Virus record (IMG/VR): IMGVR_UViG_3300021962_007571
Span: 19,526-83,525 of that record
Reading direction: 5' to 3' (one strand)
Source of the DNA: a virus
DNA: 64,000 nt
Shown here: in pieces, positions 41,775 through 50,133 of the stretch
Layout: every line of letters begins with the position of its first letter
Numbering within the stretch: position 1 is the first letter of the stretch
Program-made: the position numbers and the translations under genes
Notes under the pieces: generated by a model
Seen by the model: the letters and a program-made list of their open reading frames with translations, nothing else
Database searches by the model: none
What the model was told of the DNA's origin: nothing

Positions 41775-42002
41775 ATGAAAAACTTAGTATTAGTAATCTT
41801 ATCAGTAATCTTCTTATCTTCTTGCGCTACACAAATCCAACTTGCCGACGGACGAAAAGTTTCTAAAAGAGAACACAAAAAAATGTTGGAGAAGGCTTGG
41901 AACGAAAGTTTTGGTAAAATGTCAGACCAAGAAAAAGACTTGATTTACAGTGTTCCTGTTATCGTAGACACTATGACCGTGGTTCCAGATACTATTAAGT
42001 AG
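41775..42002 (+). CDS. Small lipoprotein
   Basis: MKN + hydrophobic stretch + LSS-C lipobox; host-type promoter at 41744-41751. Confidence 0.7.
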   Translation: MKNLVLVILSVIFLSSCATQIQLADGRKVSKREHKKMLEKAWNESFGKMSDQEKDLIYSVPVIVDTMTVVPDTIK

Positions 42003-43467
42003 TTGGTTTTTGGAATATAATGTGTTGACCTGTTTTATACATTTTTCCATTATAACCAGCATCTTTTAATAAAGTGTAAGAACCATCAGTATTAGGAGTT
42101 TTACCAAAAAACCCACCATTAATAAATTTGTCAGTTGCAACTTTAACAGAATCGTTGTTAGTTGTATTAACAATAATTGGTTTGATGACTATTGTAGACG
42201 TTTCAGTTTTTGGAATAACTTTAAGTTTATCCCCAGCAAACCATTCAGTATTTGTTGGGGTGTGTTTAAAGTATTTTAATACAATGTATGTTCCATCAGA
42301 CTCTGGTTTTTTATTAATAATACCATTTTCAATATAGAAATTAGTGGTTTTTTCAGGATTTAACATTTCTAATTTTTTAACGTTACCTGTTAGTTTTGGT
42401 AAATTTTTATTTGAAGGACTGTCAACTTTAGTCGGTTGACCACTATCAACCCCTTTTTTCTTTAAATTACCACAATTATCCAATTCCAATATTTTAATAT
42501 CACCTGTAACACCTCTACCAATAGCGGGAGTACACTGATGAAATAAAACTGTATTACCTTTACTTATTCTAACTTCAGGTCTATCGGAGTGACAATCTGA
42601 AGGGGACAAACATTGTAAACTAATTACAATATCTTTACTTTCATTACCTATTATCGCCTTTGCTTTGGCATCATCCACAACTAATTTTCCACTTGTTCTA
42701 TCACCACCAATTGGAGGATTTTTCTCTCCGTTATTTAAATTTGCCTTACCAATTGAAACTCCATTTAATTTAACATCAAACAATGCAACATCACAATCGT
42801 GGTCCCCTCTACAACTAAATGGTCTACCATCAGTACCTATTGATGGTTGTGAAGATTTATCTTTTTTGTACATAACCTCAACAGTTAGTCCTATAATACA
42901 TTCCTCAGGTGGTTTAATAGCTAAAATTACTTTAACATATCTTTCTTTATCGTAATCAGGATTATTCTTATTACTTTGACCCTTAACATATTTAGTATTA
43001 CCTAATATAAGTTCTGATGGTTCAAATATTGGCATTTCACTAATAACATTTTGAGATTTTAAACTTGAAAAATATTGTTTTAAATAATTTTTCATAGTTT
43101 CGGCTCTTAATCTTGATAACTCTAAAGGTTTTAAAGATTTTTCTTCTGTAAAATCTTCGGACTTACCTGTTGACGGGTATTTTTCTCTATCATAATTTGT
43201 TACTTGAGATTCACTAGCGATAACTTTAACGTAAGTAATTCTACCTTTATTATTTCTTAAAAAATTTGCAGCTCCTTCTAAATCAGACTTTAATTTTTTT
43301 TCATCTTTCTTAGAAAACCCTGAATATTTCCCATCATCAAAAAATGATTGTCCTGACATAGTATATTCATTTTTACCAGCAGGAGTTACTTGTTCAACAA
43401 TATCATATAAAGATAATATTCCTATTCTCTCTTCTTCGGTTATTAATAATTTTCTTCTACAAGACAT
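41995..43467 (-). CDS. Hypothetical protein with an OmpA-C-like domain and Cys-rich middle
   Basis: F..GK...L, LS.LRA..MK.YL; leader LLITEEER..IL.LY. Confidence 0.55.
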   Translation of the reverse strand: MSCRRKLLITEEERIGILSLYDIVEQVTPAGKNEYTMSGQSFFDDGKYSGFSKKDEKKLKSDLEGAANFLRNNKGRITYVKVIASESQVTNYDREKYPSTGKSEDFTEEKSLKPLELSRLRAETMKNYLKQYFSSLKSQNVISEMPIFEPSELILGNTKYVKGQSNKNNPDYDKERYVKVILAIKPPEECIIGLTVEVMYKKDKSSQPSIGTDGRPFSCRGDHDCDVALFDVKLNGVSIGKANLNNGEKNPPIGGDRTSGKLVVDDAKAKAIIGNESKDIVISLQCLSPSDCHSDRPEVRISKGNTVLFHQCTPAIGRGVTGDIKILELDNCGNLKKKGVDSGQPTKVDSPSNKNLPKLTGNVKKLEMLNPEKTTNFYIENGIINKKPESDGTYIVLKYFKHTPTNTEWFAGDKLKVIPKTETSTIVIKPIIVNTTNNDSVKVATDKFINGGFFGKTPNTDGSYTLLKDAGYNGKMYKTGQHIIFQKPTT

Positions 43468-43512
43468 TCAAATAATATTTATTATATAAATAGTTTAAAT
43501 TTTTAAAATACT

Positions 43513-43544
43513 TTTGGCAGATTAAATAATCCGCCGTATATTTG
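43513..43544 (+). promoter_or_regulatory. Bacteroidota-type primary sigma promoter (-33 TTTG / -7 TAnnTTTG)
   Basis: TTTG 43513-16, 20-nt spacer, TATATTTG 43537-44. Confidence 0.75.
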
Positions 43545-43548
43545 TATT

Positions 43549-43661
43549 GTGATTGAGGGAAACGATTTAGATACAAATAAATCAATCATAGTTGTTGAGT
43601 CGAAAGAAGCTCAATTAGGACGGAGAAGGAACGATTTAGATACAACCCTCCGTCTTTTTTT
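43549..43661 (+). ncRNA. Putative small RNA with three hairpins; the outer two display the identical loop AACGAUUUAGAUACAA
   Basis: Promoter directly upstream; stems GTGATTGA/TCAATCAT, TTGAG..GAAA..CTCAA, GACGGAG/CTCCGTC followed by T7. Confidence 0.65.
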
Positions 43662-44073
43662 ATACCCAAATAACTATTTGGTCTTCACCAACTCTAAAAG
43701 GGTTTTCGTAGGATTCTCGGAATACTGTAACAATTAATAATTTCCACCCAACACCACCTTCATTAATGGCTTTGATTGCAATCGCGATTTCTTTTTCAGG
43801 AGATTTAATTACAAAATAATCATTATTTTTAATGTCACCTATAGCGATTAATTCGGCAATTTTTTTACGACCAAGTTCAATAATATATTTAATTTCGGCG
43901 TTAGATATTTCTTTAGTATTATAATCTTCTATATCAGTTCTAGTTCTTCTATCATATGCGTGCGGACTTCTATCAAGTTCAAATGAATAGGTTACCTCAA
44001 TCTTAGTGATTAAGCTACCTATCTTCTTCTCTAACAATAACTGTTCTCTGATTATTTGACGTAGTCTATTCAT
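43660..44073 (-). CDS. Hypothetical protein with a RelE/BECR-like RNase signature and an LRQIIRE leader
   Basis: S.HA.DR..R near the N-terminus and LIVTVF near the C-terminus. Confidence 0.5.
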   Translation of the reverse strand: MNRLRQIIREQLLLEKKIGSLITKIEVTYSFELDRSPHAYDRRTRTDIEDYNTKEISNAEIKYIIELGRKKIAELIAIGDIKNNDYFVIKSPEKEIAIAIKAINEGGVGWKLLIVTVFRESYENPFRVGEDQIVIWV

Positions 44074-44095
44074 ATTATATAAATACCTATAAAAT

Positions 44096-44126
44096 AAAAA
44101 AAGGGGACTAATAATAGTCCCCTTTT
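44096..44126 (-). terminator. Intrinsic terminator after the major capsid gene
   Basis: AAAAGGGGACTA-ataa-TAGTCCCCTTTT. Confidence 0.85.
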
Positions 44127-44146
44127 AGATATCATTAAGATATTGA

Positions 44147-45979
44147 TTATCTTAACTCGTTTAAGTCAAATGTTCTAACTCCATCAACTTGGATACGTCC
44201 GTAGAAACGGTTGTTAACCATTTTCTTAGCGTAACGTGTCATAATACCTTTGATAGGTGTAAAGTTGAATGGATTGTACATTGTAGGAGTTAATTGTAGA
44301 GGTACGTATGGAGCGTAGATGTAACCAGTGTCTAACAATGACGTTCCTTTGTGTCCCATTAACACAGTGTTTGGTGGGAAGTAAGGGTCACGGTAAACTT
44401 GGTATCTACCTGCTAATGTACCAACTCTTTCAATACCCATATTGTATTGGTCTTGCTCAGGAGCCGCGTTAGATACGTGGAAGTATTCTAAATCGTCAAA
44501 GATTGCACTGATTTCAGAAGAAACAACAATCCAGTTAGCACCACCTCTTAAAGTAGATTTGTGGATTTGAGCTGAGATTTGGTTGATTGCCGTAATCAAT
44601 GTTTGGTTCCAATCTTTCTGAGTGTAAGCGTTAGTTTGAGGAACTCTCTTCCATCCGTTGTAATCCCAACGTAATGTCCAAGCCGCACCTTTACGTAAGT
44701 CACGTAAAATTTCACGGTCGATTTCTGCTGCAACTTGTTCAGATAATAAAGCCGTTAATTCAGCTTCAGCATCGATGTTGTGGAAAGCCGCAACGTCTTG
44801 AGCTAACTCAGGAGACCATTGTGCTCTTAATTTTCTTTCAGTTACAGAAACAGTTACTGATTCTAAGTCGAAAGAAACCTCACCAATTTTATCTTCAAAT
44901 TCAAGTTCTTCATATCTTCTGTATACACCGATGAAAGAGTCACCTGAAGCTGCAGTTTCAATAGTAGTACCTGTGTAACCGTCAAGAGAATCTTGACCAC
45001 AAGTAGCACATACTGGACACTGTAAATCAACTTCTAAGTAGATACAACCTGTAGCGTCACAGATGTCATAGAATGAACCACCGTTACCTGCTGGGTTACT
45101 ACCACTTGTTCTTGGGAAGTTAGTTTTAGTGTTTTCACCGTATTGAACGATACCTTTACCATATTGTTGAGTAACAACTCTGAAAGATAAAGAAGTAGCA
45201 TCTTCTACAGTACAAGTACTAGCAGTACTTACTTCTAAACCTGGACCTGCGATAATGTGTAAGTCAGATAAGAATGCTTCGTTATCCATTTCGTTACCAT
45301 CAGGACCGATTAATTTACCAGCACCTGCGTTAGCGAAACCACATAATTTCATAATTACTTTTCTAACGTTTTTACCATCGTATTCGTCAACTGCGTTTAC
45401 TAAGTTACCGTCAGACCAAACTTGTAATGTTGTGTTAGCAGTGATAACTTCAAATCTACCTTTTGAGTAGTCGAATAAACCTGCTGGATTTAATGTAGGT
45501 TCAGAACCTTCATAGAATAAATCGTAAAGGTTTTTAGCATATGCACCTGTACCTTGATAACCTGCGTCAGGATTTCCAGGATAGTTTCCAGGAGAACCGA
45601 TTGGAGCGTAGTGGTCACCAGATGTAGTAGTACCTGTGTTATAACCTTGGATTTTAGGTACGAAGTAGAACAATTTACCGATTGGTAAGTTCATAGCTTG
45701 TACTGATACGATGTCATTCGCTAATAATTTAGAGAATACTCTTCTAACGATAGGGAATACAACTGTTTCGAATGAACCAGATGAATCTGTCGCAGAAGCT
45801 TCGTTGATTAAGAAAGACGCTTGGTTCTCATATAATTGAGCTACGTTTTCTTTTAAATGACCTTTAAGACCCTCTAAGAATCCTAATTTGTCCCATTTGT
45901 TGATTGTGTCTTCTTTAATAACTTTAAGGTGTTTTAAACCAATGTTACCAACAAGACCGCTTTCTAATAATGCACCCAT
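44147..45979 (-). CDS. gp23: Major capsid protein (T4 gp23-like)
   Basis: P.VRR...L.ANDIV.VQ.M..P.G, RKL.A.WS.ELAQD...H.IDAEAEL...LS.....EIDREI, YAPYVPL, G.MTRY. Confidence 0.95.
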   Translation of the reverse strand: MGALLESGLVGNIGLKHLKVIKEDTINKWDKLGFLEGLKGHLKENVAQLYENQASFLINEASATDSSGSFETVVFPIVRRVFSKLLANDIVSVQAMNLPIGKLFYFVPKIQGYNTGTTTSGDHYAPIGSPGNYPGNPDAGYQGTGAYAKNLYDLFYEGSEPTLNPAGLFDYSKGRFEVITANTTLQVWSDGNLVNAVDEYDGKNVRKVIMKLCGFANAGAGKLIGPDGNEMDNEAFLSDLHIIAGPGLEVSTASTCTVEDATSLSFRVVTQQYGKGIVQYGENTKTNFPRTSGSNPAGNGGSFYDICDATGCIYLEVDLQCPVCATCGQDSLDGYTGTTIETAASGDSFIGVYRRYEELEFEDKIGEVSFDLESVTVSVTERKLRAQWSPELAQDVAAFHNIDAEAELTALLSEQVAAEIDREILRDLRKGAAWTLRWDYNGWKRVPQTNAYTQKDWNQTLITAINQISAQIHKSTLRGGANWIVVSSEISAIFDDLEYFHVSNAAPEQDQYNMGIERVGTLAGRYQVYRDPYFPPNTVLMGHKGTSLLDTGYIYAPYVPLQLTPTMYNPFNFTPIKGIMTRYAKKMVNNRFYGRIQVDGVRTFDLNELR

Positions 45980-46006
45980 TTTAGTATTTGTTTTTAAATT
46001 TTATTT

Positions 46007-47485
46007 TTATTTTATGATGTTCATTTTTGACATCAAGTCCTTCATTCTTAAGAATTGAGGATTTTCGTAAGTTTTAGACTCAATCAAGTTAGCTGCTGAA
46101 CCTGAAGATGGAGTTCTTTCCATTTTTTCTTGTAAAGATTCTTTTACAACTGTTGCACTTCCTTGAGTAGATAACTCGTCTTTTATTGTTTTATAAAGAG
46201 ATTTAGACTCTTTTAAAGATTCAACGGAATCAAATCTTCTTAAAATGTTGATTTTCTCATTTTTAGTTGTTGAATGTTCTGTGAATAATCTTGTAGCGTA
46301 TGCTAAGTTTGAATTAAACACTGCAACTTCATTTAACTTACTTCTGAAAATATTTAAAGCTTTTCTATACTCTTCGTTTCTTTCTCTTAGTGTAGTAAGT
46401 TCTTTCTCAACGTTTTCAACTTTTAAGTGACGTGGTGCAGCTTTTGGTTTATCTAAACCATTTCTACCCCATCTTTTTCCATTACCTAATGTTCTTGATG
46501 CTTCTGAAGTTTCACCGTCTTGTTTAACAGTTTTTTTCATATCCATCTTTTTACCTTCTTTGTATTCGAATTTAGCTTTACCCATTCCAACACCTTTTGG
46601 TTTTACAGTCATAGAACCTTCTTTGGTTTCCATTTTCTTACCTTCTTTGTATTCGAATTTAGGTTTACCCATTCCCATACCTTTTGGTTTGAATCCTTCT
46701 TTTGTTTCTGATTTTTCAACATCAGCGTTTTCGTTCCAGCCCTCAGTGAATTCGAACTCTTCTTCTTCAGATTCTTCAAGGTCAAAGTTTCCTAAGTCTT
46801 CTAGGTCGTCAAGATTGATTTCATAATCGTCATCATCATCTTCATCATCCATAGAAATTTCTTCGAAATCTTCCATCTCGTCATCCATTTCAATTTCAAA
46901 CATAATCTCAGAATCATCATCAGATTCTTCAATTTCTAAATCAATATCATCAACCTCTTCTTCTTCTTCACCTAAAGAAATTTTATATTCAACGTCTTCG
47001 TTAGTGTCTTCTAAGTCAATCATATCACCGTCTTTTTTAACGATAATACCATCTTCTTCACCCATTGCTTTGAATACTTTTAAAATTTCCTCGTCAGAAG
47101 CCATTGTTAAATCAATTGGTTCTTCGTCATCCATATCCATAGATGTGAAATCGAACTCGTCATCAGAAGACATATCGTCCATATCGTCAGTATCTTCGAT
47201 ACCTTCAATATCTTCTAAATCATCTTCCATTTCGTCGTCCATTTCGTTATCATCTGAATCCTCGTCTCCCATATCTTCAATGTCGGTATCTAATTGTTCG
47301 TCAACCTCCATTGTAGTGTCGTCAAGGTCAGAATCGTCTTCAGTCTTTAAAGACTCTTTTACTAATTCGCTGATTTCTTGCTTCATAGTTGAAGCTAGTA
47401 TTCCTTTTGCATTTTCAGCAACTACATTTTCCAAACTTTTCATTTGGATTAGTGCCTCTTCTACAAGATTTTGTTTTTCTGCCAT
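46007..47485 (-). CDS. Prohead core/scaffolding protein (likely start MAEKQ)
   Basis: Very acidic middle, coiled-coil C-terminus, located between protease and capsid genes. Confidence 0.75.
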   Translation of the reverse strand: MAEKQNLVEEALIQMKSLENVVAENAKGILASTMKQEISELVKESLKTEDDSDLDDTTMEVDEQLDTDIEDMGDEDSDDNEMDDEMEDDLEDIEGIEDTDDMDDMSSDDEFDFTSMDMDDEEPIDLTMASDEEILKVFKAMGEEDGIIVKKDGDMIDLEDTNEDVEYKISLGEEEEEVDDIDLEIEESDDDSEIMFEIEMDDEMEDFEEISMDDEDDDDDYEINLDDLEDLGNFDLEESEEEEFEFTEGWNENADVEKSETKEGFKPKGMGMGKPKFEYKEGKKMETKEGSMTVKPKGVGMGKAKFEYKEGKKMDMKKTVKQDGETSEASRTLGNGKRWGRNGLDKPKAAPRHLKVENVEKELTTLRERNEEYRKALNIFRSKLNEVAVFNSNLAYATRLFTEHSTTKNEKINILRRFDSVESLKESKSLYKTIKDELSTQGSATVVKESLQEKMERTPSSGSAANLIESKTYENPQFLRMKDLMSKMNIIK

Positions 47486-47651
47486 TTTTGATTTTATTTG
47501 TATATAAATATTTCCAAATATCAAAAAAGATTAACTTAACGATATTGTTAAATTAAATTTTTTAAATTATTGGGTTTATTTTTTTATTTTTTTATAAAGT
47601 AACGTCAGATTTAAGTGTACAATACAACAAATATAAATATCTCCATAAACG

Positions 47652-47679
47652 AAAAAAGGAGGACTATTGTCCTCCTTTT
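47652..47679 (-). terminator. Intrinsic terminator
   Basis: AAAAAAGGAGGAC-tatt-GTCCTCCTTTT. Confidence 0.85.
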
Positions 47680-47697
47680 AAATAATTTATTAATTGA

Positions 47698-47910
47698 TTA
47701 GTCTTCGATAACCTCATCAATTTTACTTTCAGATACTGAAGTAATTCTCCAATCTTGGCTAAATGATTCGTATCTCTTAGTAACTTTTGCCTCAACATCT
47801 GTTACTGAAAAACCTTTAACCAATTTCTCCTCTCTGATTTTTTTGATTTTCCCTGTATTCTCATCAGGTAAATCGTACTGAATTTTTGCTACAAAATATT
47901 TTTCGTCCAT
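47698..47910 (-). CDS. DUF4494-like protein (Bacteroidota-associated family)
   Basis: F..KI.Y....G..KK..E..LV...S.T..EA.....I..V.E.KI.EV. Confidence 0.7.
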   Translation of the reverse strand: MDEKYFVAKIQYDLPDENTGKIKKIREEKLVKGFSVTDVEAKVTKRYESFSQDWRITSVSESKIDEVIED

Positions 47911-47915
47911 AATAA

Positions 47916-48644
47916 TTATTTTCCTAAATAATCGGATAATTTTTTCATTAAGTCAAGTGATTTGTTTCCTGAATTAACATTCATTCCTGTTGCTCTTGCC
48001 ATTTGCATCTTTTTTTCCTCGTCTAAATTCTCTTCATAGTTTGTTCTATCTTCAGGATTTAAAAATAAATAAGCTCCTGGTGTGGATGGAGATGATACTA
48101 AATCAAAACAAATTAATTCAAAATCATCCTGTACTTCGTTTTGTTCACCTTTTTTTGCTAAGGAACCAACTCCTCTTGATGATATACCAAGAGTAACTCC
48201 TTGTCTTAGGTAATTTGCTGCCATATCCCCTTTACAAGATATAACACCTCTTTCGTGAAATCCTGGCGATGTTAATAATTTAATTTTACCCATTAAGATA
48301 TTACCTTCCCACCAAATATCGGTAATTGAGTGAGATACTCTATCTAAGTCAATTAGTGATGATTCAGGGTGGTTTAGTTCTGATAATGCAGTACCTTTAG
48401 CAATTGCTTTCTTATAGTTGTCCGCTTCTCTTTTTAATATTCTTTCAGGATAGACTCTACCATTTCTATTCGGAGTGTTGTATTTTTGTAAAACCGCATA
48501 GAATTCAAACGGTTTTGAATAATCTAAAAAGTTTTTAGATTCTTTAATTATTTCCGAATTGTATTTGTCGTTTGGTGACACATATCCCGCATCCCATTCA
48601 ATCAGTATTCCTTTACCTGTTTCGTTTGGTCCTAATATTTTCAT
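47916..48644 (-). CDS. gp21: Prohead protease (T4 gp21-like)
   Basis: NRNGRVYP, ELNHP, VSH, GISSRG.GS, FD.V..PSTPGA. Confidence 0.92.
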   Translation of the reverse strand: MKILGPNETGKGILIEWDAGYVSPNDKYNSEIIKESKNFLDYSKPFEFYAVLQKYNTPNRNGRVYPERILKREADNYKKAIAKGTALSELNHPESSLIDLDRVSHSITDIWWEGNILMGKIKLLTSPGFHERGVISCKGDMAANYLRQGVTLGISSRGVGSLAKKGEQNEVQDDFELICFDLVSSPSTPGAYLFLNPEDRTNYEENLDEEKKMQMARATGMNVNSGNKSLDLMKKLSDYLGK

Positions 48645-48687
48645 TTTTTCTTTTCTAAATAAATATACCGTAATATGGATATAATAT

Positions 48688-49134
48688 TTAAACCTTGTAA
48701 GTTTGTTTTTTAGTTAGTGTGAAATTAAACTCTTCATTTTTAATAAAATTACTTTTAATGATTTCATCAGATATTGATTTAATACTGTTTTTTAGTTCTA
48801 ATGATTTGAAATCGTTATCGAGTTCTTTTAGGTATAGATAACATTCTAAATTTAAAAACGATTTTTTATTTAGTTGGATTCCGCTTGACCTCAGGTCCAA
48901 ATCAACAATAAATTTGTCTTCAAAAATATTCGTATTTATTGACTCAAGGACCGAATGTTTTATTGACCTTGATAGGTTATTGACAACCCTGTTAGGAGAT
49001 TCAATTTCAATTTTAGGCTCTGCCCAAGTTTGAATGTTTATGTAAATTGATTTTAAGTTTTTTGAATCTACTGTACCATAATTAACTTTGTAATTTCGGT
49101 ACCCCGAAAGTTTTGCACTTTTCCCTTTTTTCAT
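48688..49134 (-). CDS. Hypothetical protein
   Basis: ORF only. Confidence 0.55.
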   Translation of the reverse strand: MKKGKSAKLSGYRNYKVNYGTVDSKNLKSIYINIQTWAEPKIEIESPNRVVNNLSRSIKHSVLESINTNIFEDKFIVDLDLRSSGIQLNKKSFLNLECYLYLKELDNDFKSLELKNSIKSISDEIIKSNFIKNEEFNFTLTKKQTYKV

Positions 49135-49230
49135 TTTTTCTCATATTGTATACTGTTTATGTTTAGTAAAAAAATACACAATATTTTGTGATTAGTCAAA
49201 ATATTTTTATATTTGCAGATATTTGTAATT

Positions 49231-49419
49231 ATGTTAATAGTAAAGATAGACCAAAAGACTCCAATTGAGAAAGCTCTTAAAACTTTAAAGAGTAAAGTTA
49301 TTAAGACCAAACAAAATGAGATTTTAAGGGAGAGAAAAGAGTTTGTTAAAAAATCAGTTCAAAAAAGGACTATTAAGAAAAATGCTATTTTTAAACAAAA
49401 AATTAAAGACTCTCATTAA
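49231..49419 (+). CDS. rpsU: Ribosomal protein bS21 (Bacteroidota-type)
   Basis: MLIV....IEKALK..K.K..KT.....LRER.EF.K.SV.KR; TATATTTG at 49208-49215. Confidence 0.9.
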   Translation: MLIVKIDQKTPIEKALKTLKSKVIKTKQNEILRERKEFVKKSVQKRTIKKNAIFKQKIKDSH

Positions 49420-50110
49420 GATTCTTCAACTTTAATAATGACACTGAATCAATAGTGTCATTTTTTATTTTTAAAATAGTCTCATCAATTTTAACTTTAG
49501 TTTCACTATCTGAATTTTTAGATAATTTTTCTAATTTTTCAATGACTAATTCACTTAACACTTCGTATCTATTAGACACTTCTCCTTCAGATAATGTAGA
49601 ATATTTTTTAATCTGTTCTAAGTCAGATTCATTTAGACTTTCTAAATAATTTTTAATTGTTGAATTAGCAACCTCAACCATTTTTTCTAAAGGAATATTG
49701 ATACTTTCAGATTGTATTTCTTTTTTAGAAATAAGAGTATTAATAATACTTTGTCTACTTGTAACAATGTTCTCAATTACAAAAGTATTTTTATTCATTA
49801 CACTATCAATATCTTTGTACTGATTTTCAGATGTAACATCTTTAGTCCAATCAATCAACTTAGAAAGTGATTTTTCAGTAATATTTAATCTTTGGTATAT
49901 GTCAACACATTCCGATAAAAAGTCGTCGGCAAAATCTTTAGAAAAACCTTTCTCTTTAGATAATTCCTCATAAAGATGATAAGCCATATTAATTAGTTCG
50001 TTTTCTAAAACTAACTTTCTAAATGTTTTAATTTCCTTATTAAACGTATTAGTTTTATACGACTCAACTAATTTAGTTTCTATTTTAGATTTTAAGTGTC
50101 CAAATTCCAT
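49403..50110 (-). CDS. Hypothetical head-module protein (likely start MEFGH)
   Basis: Between portal and protease; late motif at 50127-50133. Confidence 0.6.
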   Translation of the reverse strand: MEFGHLKSKIETKLVESYKTNTFNKEIKTFRKLVLENELINMAYHLYEELSKEKGFSKDFADDFLSECVDIYQRLNITEKSLSKLIDWTKDVTSENQYKDIDSVMNKNTFVIENIVTSRQSIINTLISKKEIQSESINIPLEKMVEVANSTIKNYLESLNESDLEQIKKYSTLSEGEVSNRYEVLSELVIEKLEKLSKNSDSETKVKIDETILKIKNDTIDSVSLLKLKNLNESL

Positions 50111-50133
50111 ATCAATATTTTTATTAATAAATA

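Noticed and set aside
43561-43645. Mini CRISPR array
   Set aside because: Only two 16-bp copies 69 bp apart, each inside a hairpin, and no cas genes; a structured RNA fits better
43549-43737. 62-aa ORF from the track
   Set aside because: GTG start at the predicted TSS, runs through a terminator and overlaps a convergent gene
47525-47640. Structured RNA upstream of the scaffold gene
   Set aside because: Only a weak AT-rich inverted repeat, not distinguishable from chance
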